Shown here in pieces: positions 60,201 to 64,000 of a stretch of DNA of 64,000 bases. Every line of letters starts with the position of its first letter. Position 1 is the first letter of the stretch. A program made the position numbers and the translations under genes. Source of the DNA: a virus; IMG/VR virus record IMGVR_UViG_3300009158_000001, positions 64,001 to 128,000 of that record. One strand, written 5' to 3'. Under the pieces are notes generated by a model that worked only from the letters and a program-made list of their open reading frames with translations, made no database searches and had not been told where the DNA came from.

Positions 60201-62560
60201 TCTGCCCTGCGCAGTATCTAGTATCTGTGCCTCCTGCTGCCAAAGAGCTGTTCAACGCACGTCATGCTAATAAGATGACTGTTGATGGCAAAGTTGTTCA
60301 GCCGGGCAAGCTTCTCAACAATCTCTATGAGAACCATAGAGAGCTTGGCGAGACGGTCGAGGCTATGATCCGCGAAGAGCACAACCGTGCTGAGTTCTCG
60401 GCTACGGTAACTGCGATGCTTCAGACTGTTAGCGTTCCTGTGCCTGGGGCTGCTTCTGCTCAGGGTATGGGCTCGGAAGTCTGGGCTGAAGTCTGGACTG
60501 CAAGCGGCCGCAAGAAGATCTACCTGGATGGTCTCAAGCAGAAGTCTGCTATGAGGTTCGAAGACATTCGGGCAGAGCAGCGTTACATGGCAGAACTCAA
60601 CAATGCAACCGTCTACGCAGCACATGCTGAGTTTGACCGTATTGTCATGGGTCGCCTTGTGAAAGCTGATCCTAACGCTACTAGTGAGGAGATTGCAGCT
60701 ATGTTCAAGCTTTGCAAGCTTGGCATGGTCTACTCGTATGCTTTCAAGACTGTTGGCTACGAAGAGAACTGCGTCAAGATCCTTATGGATGAAGAGGGAG
60801 AGTTCGGCGCTTCTGGCGGCGTTCCTACCTACATCATCCCTGTCAGCGGCAACTGCACCTTTATCGGCAACTTTGCAGGTAGCAGCGAGATCCTCCTTGA
60901 GTGGATGATGAATCCTGCTACACTCGCACTTGTTGCTGAGATCAAAGCCAAGGCTGGCGACTTCAAGTACGTCGTTCTCTCCATGAAGGGTGAAGCCTTT
61001 GGAGAGATGATTGACGGCGGTCGTGACCTCAGGTACAGCGAGGCTGACTTTGATGGCAAATCCATCACGGAGATCCTCTGTATGCCTGGCGTTGCTCTTG
61101 CTGGCAATCAGCGTGAAGAAAGCCACGTTGATCAGAGCACCTGGCTTGCAAGTGTAGCAGACACGGTCACGCAACGTCGCAACGACATTCTTCGCAAGCT
61201 GAAGGCGGAGAACAAAGCAGCAGAAGCATTGCTTCGCGGCAAGACTTTCGGAGAGCTTCTTCAGGAGTTCAACGTAACGGTCGTCGCAGAGTCCGTCACT
61301 GGCACTGCCAAGGTCGAAAAGATCGAGGCGTTCAAGTGGATGGACAAGAAGCATGCGGGTCGTACGTACCCAAACACCTTTGTCATTGTTCGCTTCGGGA
61401 ATGAAGCAGATCCTGTGACTGAGGAGATGGAAGAGGATGATATTACCATCTTCCTTGCTGACGAAGTGATTGAGGCTGCTCCTGACACCAAGGAGAACAT
61501 TACGATCGAGGCCTCTGCTCCTGTGGTTGAAAAGACTGCAGAAGCAAAAAAAGACAGCATAAGCGATAAGCTCAACCGCATCTTCGGCAAGAAGGAGGCT
61601 GTTAAGCCCCCTGCTCCTATCGAAGTCGTGCCTGCTGCTGTTGTTGCGGCTGCTACTGGACAAGAGGAGCTCAAGATCCTGAGCATTTCTGAGCCTGCCT
61701 TTGCGAAAGAAGGATGGTCCCAGACCAGCGAAGGAAAGCTTGTGCGCCGCACTTTCAGCAAGACCAAAGTCAAGGAAGTCTTTGCTGCTGGCTGGAACTT
61801 CTGCTTCTGCGAGGGCGATGGAGACAAGTGGGTCATTGCAGACACCCGCTTTGGTTTTGTCATTGGCCGCGGACAGACTCAGGTCATAGCGTTGCAAAGG
61901 GCAATTGCAAACACCCAGGCTGCTAAGGTTGGACGCAACCTTCTTGACGAAGTCCAGTTCTCGAACTGGCTCTTTGACCGTGCAACTCAGGCTCAGCGTC
62001 CGCTTGTTGACCTGATTGCAGAGCACAACAAGAAGGAAGAGCCCGTGGCCGAGGCAACTCCTGCTACTCCTGTTGTTGTCGCAGAGACTGCTGGTACTAA
62101 GCCTACTAGCCGTTGCGTTGGTAACTTCGCATTGGCTGGCCTTCAGCACTCTAGTAACGTCAATGTTGCTGAGCGTGAGCTTGTTGAGGGCGTAAAGATT
62201 ACTCTCATCCGCAATGTGGCTCACCCCAAGGATGCAAATGCCGTTGAGGTCCATGTGAATGGTTACCGCTTCGGGTATGTTCCTAAGGAAGCCGCTGCAA
62301 GGCTGGCTCCTCGGATGGACATCGGCGTGAAGGCGTGGGCCATTGTCACGGGATGGGAAAACGGGTACGCCCGCTTCGATCTGTTCCTTGGCAAGACGCC
62401 CACTACCTTGGAGACGTTCAACTACCAGCGTGACGAAATCGAGCGTGCATGCGAGGGGCTTGCCTGGCTGGAGTCGTACGACGCGACCGATGAACAGAAG
62501 GCTCCGGCTAATGCCCTCCTTGCGCACTTTGCTGCCCTTTGTGGTAGCCTTAAGCTCTGA
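51269..62560 (+). CDS. 3763-aa polyprotein: TM peptides, 2 chymotrypsin-like proteases, basic/coiled-coil and acidic regions, two-barrel RNA polymerase-like domain, HIRAN
   Basis: Uninterrupted frame with consistent codon bias and AGGAG SD; motifs are itemised in the sub-features. Confidence 0.85.
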   Translation: MTIALIVLAIFVCIVILSNTVSYLMTANKTAPITPAEVRMNNNNHPLIVLAIVTLVVIGGLVTFGIGKTAGLWAQPSFEDLVDPYAVAEYEQVALRITSFPHPGVGQYSPDEGTNCTGWAWKGHMYGITHCDVDTYIIGKETGETPDPVVRINTDHVVSVPVLGNDLYTVGMECSPDLRWWGATTGEWRNLDWSDIDVETFSPNNRAASLMLERWHGSVNRAQDALAQQNEYSASLYTNTALFQQGEWEILSKGQRYCYDSQDDVVGHGGWFRSGDSGGVLLAGDEPIGAVSYSNGSETRNCFSAIALSQEKSYQDFEFRELSSTTMDLTGKFKTAASHSGMQGRIFRSLNTETTNAHQGKENFMPYLILAILGLILAAATTTIKVKEFLMSNLRTIVIGFLIVLGLVVPIVLAWNHALTVCPVTDAWFSVNFMNGALVSIVVEMAAIAAVLAMATLISEMSCPKWMVKPILAITPNLATITANKAKESVMPIRLYIAIILTIAIFVPMALIATFREAFVCILGLGPLAFTAIDLILHVEYHYHVRELSIVTKKLIAHQKLHKLLFGGMALLAMVLGGCGDTIQQAPAGMGEIVAAHNGECSAFHWQGQIRTAAHCTYASTDWRDNATAVLHQQQGKHAIPEDLADIGQECSPDLRWWGATTGRTLPVEDVKFYAVKRGQNVWDLGEQVPPWTPGAQACFTQTLHNRFSDGDSGGPLLAGDEPVGSVSWSSNLPWGMACFGRLEKQPMWGNLSTSSPQGGKGFRMKSIEMTDSLAVTLTQVFTDLAIAGAILALAFLLARVRAKFRTHDETNAGNSAGLIGAKNPSKGHMSPILAFVARLTSVIVILLLGVCLLAAPGVTPLVSSNNSPTIETGIDPEAIAKIVQRLKKRLAYGMRMAKKKRWTVRRLNRWLVANGYKAKAKKAKKAVAKAVVKFDRAGMTRRQRRAKAHKAKVAATKAETKARGVKRRAEAKATNDAIAKLEAAIAFLGLIARVARHQRRMEVSAARSKRKVARKATAKPAAKKIIVRAEGAGRPTFHPRRSKVQGYNPAAQSRQEIITSREKREERRLAREARHLTLLNRAYAALLNMVVEGTAFKAGWTLRGACMLLADNMAWVAAQAEIQTFDQDDDVAWQYEAAVRNIPFEIKREVENAEVDAAWALIEANDKKVLAEIKQANAKARAKRKAEREERIATHRAKVDAERAEREAAKAVKAEERRKREMAKAERLVEALKAREAKKGKTTKVDVTPVSPVAKLREVQANSPVLAVVAGLGLATGMVAVAVIALAAIAFFAIRKNRAEDCKEETVDADWGDLLEAPAEPQPQSLLLRLTELLGQESPAREVVAYEPAPAPVTVPAEPEPQSLLGRLIELLPEAEARATEPATCACGIPQEEGYVCDTCVLNEYAAGMANALENAVEEFPFTDPGDWDGGAIDDVYAAQLMAADREAAQRDAADLEEHLQVLAAEAALADLDQEAEQDIDPLDLLVEKAKEEEMEEEKTPEQVWAEICNELTVSPRNYSANAAMNILIEMYQRKIDLFRFRHFGTTRTFTRKDKDGDRRTSKTKTLRKDVIVRFASILRQDKEMATWFAEASHDPSWEQFWVGIESLMKDKKQAWTAQDWRILRARYEAAVLVVNDLCIEFLGQSKSKPKFMASEVSCLVTKDTFRYRAVGAQEAMEACKRINAKHKGGFCVARGVYQEQMLSGSHLPWVVDKADGEGNWLEFGFVLTTSAGVADWGFGRENRNNSSVELKTATEMLGGIVQLDQYKPERAYIEMFHKNWTLMKKPSLNDWKTFIKTAFANGNMLFINPTTMDTRHVAKNGTSYSKSVTDNGTTASTVHTFFNDGSVTTVMTRKTLDANSKGFAHKFSSARTTIRKFFLKHSGIRDLKVLPWEVVESRDELATKFGNESYDQYQACRKAISADRNHRLDVVVLSRVNNARFEAWATEYVQNKQSSVVYHIKTRQPLTLSQLNKQNKALAKLQGNYFLAQTELETSRAGIAAIRHTIETSAYTSQELSSDLIEAFKEGYQWMKTPGGYQLVSARKAAANPEKILKGEALAAVLDAWIKTAIDVQADSLRAEGAKIVRRYEEALQLLLPGYSCKVNGEDCLMAAYNKAEHAKKTDPSNPEIALLLAAYYAEYEKEQAEYENEQAKIQARYEKTHKECQEYEQRVKEQEGWDEIPFCKAGAVLSALALAAGLPAFVVVLPLALTALAAFMKMENSDVEGEEILADNAEFCLYSTPIVRHTTGKWTAVKDNNTGESAPVEAGESQKEKPMSFLDKMNQTIRNVWNELTGRERIGTDVKTKAPATYGSILAASKVEHTALTRICGGKIREMQVTELSSEELREIKDFIRRDGDTWIIVRDSQKFHFPNWAMEKLVSEIVIAGHAVDKKVSQQEVNKYFGSLLWAPAEIVSFQASEAKVMSDGLAAMYDGTNLMSDELASTIDWVGYAIRRLLTVLGLFKGMFIILPAGYFPSGVKLFGSEVKKHLRLRRDSGRALALQPQANGHSDVARTLGMQLWSMLLGPWIASVGFANLAKGAYGYAMSNLNKANERLLAPAEEEEEGRDALMAEASRLHGFNPIAVFRSFATSMANGLTKSFNPNKVNIAPVDEKGRSLVPNGYPMMLPWLALAELWLKVTGKVPEELAKKVEDTEKLRLRLFKLANGAIPVLVHNMHRLDAAKVAGIRRMAIAAIATRIPTGKTSGIEVMLFDAEEYGADLLPEIVGRKKNDIEFWLFPCEETTAFKVASEGGDDDDLYEFLLGILHKLARLGLEWRAKILDVSADTQKAMDEIKVRFARQVAAFKEDRKLLAKLMEMPYAKVFTANGKVRAGWPSLLGVTMAPGGWQIRHTEAVEDIIVMTEESREDIATQARLFAEVMTANNDSPFTSAIGTVAQSHKFATGILTGNVVLTNSIGALDKIWALFVLATILLSDMVDACNKGKKYAEAGAALMYLNWAWGWLCYRIASNPDAKVICPAQYLVSVPPAAKELFNARHANKMTVDGKVVQPGKLLNNLYENHRELGETVEAMIREEHNRAEFSATVTAMLQTVSVPVPGAASAQGMGSEVWAEVWTASGRKKIYLDGLKQKSAMRFEDIRAEQRYMAELNNATVYAAHAEFDRIVMGRLVKADPNATSEEIAAMFKLCKLGMVYSYAFKTVGYEENCVKILMDEEGEFGASGGVPTYIIPVSGNCTFIGNFAGSSEILLEWMMNPATLALVAEIKAKAGDFKYVVLSMKGEAFGEMIDGGRDLRYSEADFDGKSITEILCMPGVALAGNQREESHVDQSTWLASVADTVTQRRNDILRKLKAENKAAEALLRGKTFGELLQEFNVTVVAESVTGTAKVEKIEAFKWMDKKHAGRTYPNTFVIVRFGNEADPVTEEMEEDDITIFLADEVIEAAPDTKENITIEASAPVVEKTAEAKKDSISDKLNRIFGKKEAVKPPAPIEVVPAAVVAAATGQEELKILSISEPAFAKEGWSQTSEGKLVRRTFSKTKVKEVFAAGWNFCFCEGDGDKWVIADTRFGFVIGRGQTQVIALQRAIANTQAAKVGRNLLDEVQFSNWLFDRATQAQRPLVDLIAEHNKKEEPVAEATPATPVVVAETAGTKPTSRCVGNFALAGLQHSSNVNVAERELVEGVKITLIRNVAHPKDANAVEVHVNGYRFGYVPKEAAARLAPRMDIGVKAWAIVTGWENGYARFDLFLGKTPTTLETFNYQRDEIERACEGLAWLESYDATDEQKAPANALLAHFAALCGSLKL
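51560..52190 (+). other. Chymotrypsin-like serine protease domain 1 (within polyprotein)
   Basis: CTG...ITHC (His 51656), NDLY (Asp), GDSGG (52091-52105). Confidence 0.8.
53030..53490 (+). other. Chymotrypsin-like serine protease domain 2 (within polyprotein)
   Basis: CSA...TAAHC (His 53111), EDLA (Asp), GDSGGPL (GDSGG at 53399-53413). Confidence 0.88.
58100..60400 (+). other. YonO / cellular RdRP-like single-chain two-barrel RNA polymerase domain
   Basis: Ordered motifs DGTNLMSDELA (58571), IR...FKG (58661), RIP (59366), GGDDDD (59528-59545), IGTVAQSH, VDACNKG (60083). Confidence 0.65.
62120..62395 (+). other. HIRAN domain at the polyprotein C-terminus
   Basis: LAG...LIRNVAHPKDANAVEV..NGYRFGYVPKEAA..LA matches the HIRAN L.RE..N..D.NAI.V...GYVP pattern. 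Confidence 0.8.
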
Positions 62561-62567
62561 GGTTACT

Positions 62568-62840
62568 ATGAAGGAGATCCTCATGAAGTACATGGGTGGT
62601 GCTAAGTATCCTGGTCCTTGCCGCAATTGCAGCCGCTACTGTGGTTGTGATACACTGCGGCTCTTCCGAGATGACCGATATAAGGCAGCGAAGTGGGTCA
62701 CAATCTGCACAGATTGCTGTGAAGAATGGGATGCCCGCTTCAACAAGCCCAAGGCCATTGTGGCTCCTCAACCTGCTCCTGTAAAGGAAGTGAAGGTTGT
62801 GGAAGTCGCTAAGCCAAAGCAACTTTCGTTGTTCGGCTAG
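62568..62840 (+). CDS. Small Zn-finger protein with C-terminal beta-clamp-binding motif
   Basis: GAGG SD with ATG 62568 (alternative AAGGAG with ATG 62583); CRNC...CTDC; ends QLSLFG. Confidence 0.7.
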   Translation: MKEILMKYMGGAKYPGPCRNCSRYCGCDTLRLFRDDRYKAAKWVTICTDCCEEWDARFNKPKAIVAPQPAPVKEVKVVEVAKPKQLSLFG

Positions 62841-62884
62841 AGAACTGACAGTTTGAACTAAAGCCCTATTCTACAACCCTTTTC

Positions 62885-62913
62885 AAAAGAGCTCACTTTG
62901 TGAGCTTTTTTTT
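62885..62913 (+). terminator. Rho-independent terminator ending the polyprotein operon
   Basis: AGCTCAC-TTT-GTGAGCT followed by a T-run. Confidence 0.8.
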
Positions 62914-63222
62914 ACTACTTACTTACAGAGGCCAAACGACTCCGCTACTCCGCTCCCCCTCGAAAGCCTGTGTGTATTTTGTAATTTCTGCACCCCCTTG
63001 GAGAGGCTCCTGCGTCGCCCAGAGCATTGTAGGCTTCGCTCCCTGGCAACAAAGCTAGACCAACGAGAGGTCTGGTGGGCCTCCTGCGTCGGCCAGATAT
63101 AGTGAGCGTTCACGCTTGCTATACTGGCGGATCCGTCCCAGTAGATGCGAGAGATAACGGATAGGTACCTCCCAAACGTCTACCTTGTCGGGTGTGGGAA
63201 GGCCGAAAACGCTGACAAGGAA

Positions 63223-63259
63223 AGAACCTCTGGCCTCACGGCTGGGGGTTCTTTTTTTT
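63223..63259 (+). terminator. Terminator-like hairpin
   Basis: AGAACCTCTGGCC-TCAC-GGCTGGGGGTTCT followed by a T-run. Confidence 0.7.
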
Positions 63260-63523
63260 CCACTCCGCTGAATAACCAGATAACTTGTGGCAACCAGGGG
63301 TCTTACGAGGCTCCTTCGTCGCCCAAAGCATCGGATGGTGGCTGCCGCTACCCGTATCAGAGAAGGCCTGTCGGTCTCTGGTATGTATCAGACAGGGGCG
63401 GTTGCCAGTCCGCCTAACAGAAAAACTGGCCGTCATCCCCTTTAGGATGGCATGTTTACGTCCCCTCTTGGACGGGTTCCTGGTAGTGGTAATCCTACTT
63501 ACTGCGTACCAGGATAGAGAGGT

Positions 63524-63563
63524 AAAGCCCCAGCACAGTAGGATGTGTTGGGGTTTTATTTTT
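63524..63563 (+). terminator. Terminator-like hairpin
   Basis: GCCCCAGCACA-GTAGGA-TGTGTTGGGGT followed by TTTATTTTT. Confidence 0.7.
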
Positions 63564-63743
63564 GTTACTCCGCTATATAAGTAGATTACTAGTAACTATA
63601 TAGTGGTTTGTTGGCGGCTCCTACGTCGCCCAAAGCACTGGGCGTTGACGCTCTGCCATCTCCGTTGGTAGAGACTAGCTTTAAAACACGGGGAGTCCCA
63701 GGTCGGCCTTACGGGCTTGGATAAGACTATTGGCAGAAGGACA

Positions 63744-63781
63744 GATTCCCACTACTAGGCCGGTAGTGGGTTTCTTTTTTT
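63744..63781 (+). terminator. Terminator-like hairpin
   Basis: CCCACTACT-AGGC-CGGTAGTGGG followed by TTTCTTTTTTT. Confidence 0.7.
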
Positions 63782-63843
63782 GGCCTCCTTCGTCGGCCAG
63801 AGATTATGAGGCACTTTCGCCTCTCGGTCCTTAGGAGGACACC

Positions 63844-64000
63844 ATGAAGGCAGGTAAGTATCACTCGTACGACTGGCGAACCGAGCGGGATGCGGATGCT
63901 GATAGGAGCGTCTTCGTCCAGGCCTGGAAAGCCAAGTTCCCTGGGGTCGTGCCGCAGTTCGCCATCATCCTGGATGACGGCAGTTGCCACTGGTGGAACG
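63844..64000 (+). CDS. Hypothetical protein (3' truncated)
   Basis: AGGAGG SD with ATG 63844 (MKAGKYHSYDWRTERD...); open to the window end. Confidence 0.65.
   Translation, partial: MKAGKYHSYDWRTERDADADRSVFVQAWKAKFPGVVPQFAIILDDGSCHWWN

Larger units (their letters stand above)
63005..63802 (+). repeat. Five dispersed copies of GG(C)CTCCTNCGTCGSCCARA
   Basis: Copies start at 63005, 63078, 63309, 63616 and 63782. Confidence 0.85.

Noticed and set aside
61043-61060. ADFDGK as the polymerase catalytic motif
   Set aside because: It lacks the third Asp and lies outside the ordered motif series; GGDDDD at 59528 fits the expected position.
63005-63802. CRISPR array
   Set aside because: Repeats are about 20 nt, degenerate and irregularly spaced (73-307 nt), with no cas genes in the window.
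62915-63810. tRNA, tmRNA or hammerhead ribozyme
   Set aside because: No cloverleaf/TTCG-CCA pattern or CTGATGA...GAAA core found by eye.
63145-63990. Short track ORFs (63145-63417, 63236-63436, 63285-63584, 63727-63990)
   Set aside because: They cross terminator hairpins, lack SD sites and the local codon bias, or shadow the 63844 gene.
1-64000. Stop-codon reassignment (alternative genetic code)
   Set aside because: Genes tile densely in the standard code, and TAG, TAA and TGA all end genes at sensible boundaries.

Overview
This is a segment of a large myovirus-type dsDNA phage genome in the standard genetic code, with two divergent, compositionally distinct arms. Positions 1-50919 (minus strand, AT-rich) form a late/virion module. 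Read right to left it encodes: a Cys-rich protein; a DEDDh-exonuclease/SNase fusion; several membrane-segment-rich putative ejection proteins, three of which share a ~290-aa C-terminal domain (one carries an ADP-ribosyltransferase-like N-terminus); large terminase; portal, split at an A10 run; a multidomain prohead protease with a HiPIP-like insert; Dps; head decoration protein; major capsid; neck proteins; sheath; tube and two tube paralogues; chaperones; a tape-measure candidate; and a truncated >1900-aa protein with an ADFDHD motif (candidate virion RNA polymerase). Positions 51269-64000 (plus strand, GC-rich) are dominated by a single 3763-aa ORF that looks like an operon with its stop codons removed. 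It has at least 8 in-frame internal Shine-Dalgarno+ATG starts, most preceded by a hairpin. It encodes two paralogous chymotrypsin-like serine proteases with intact triads, many TM segments, a YonO/cellular-RdRP-like two-barrel RNA polymerase and a HIRAN domain. This candidate self-processing or nested-isoform phage polyprotein is the most novel element. It is followed by a Zn-finger protein ending in the QLSLF clamp-binding motif and by an array of structured, terminator-bounded non-coding units. All family calls come from motif recognition by eye; no database search was run.
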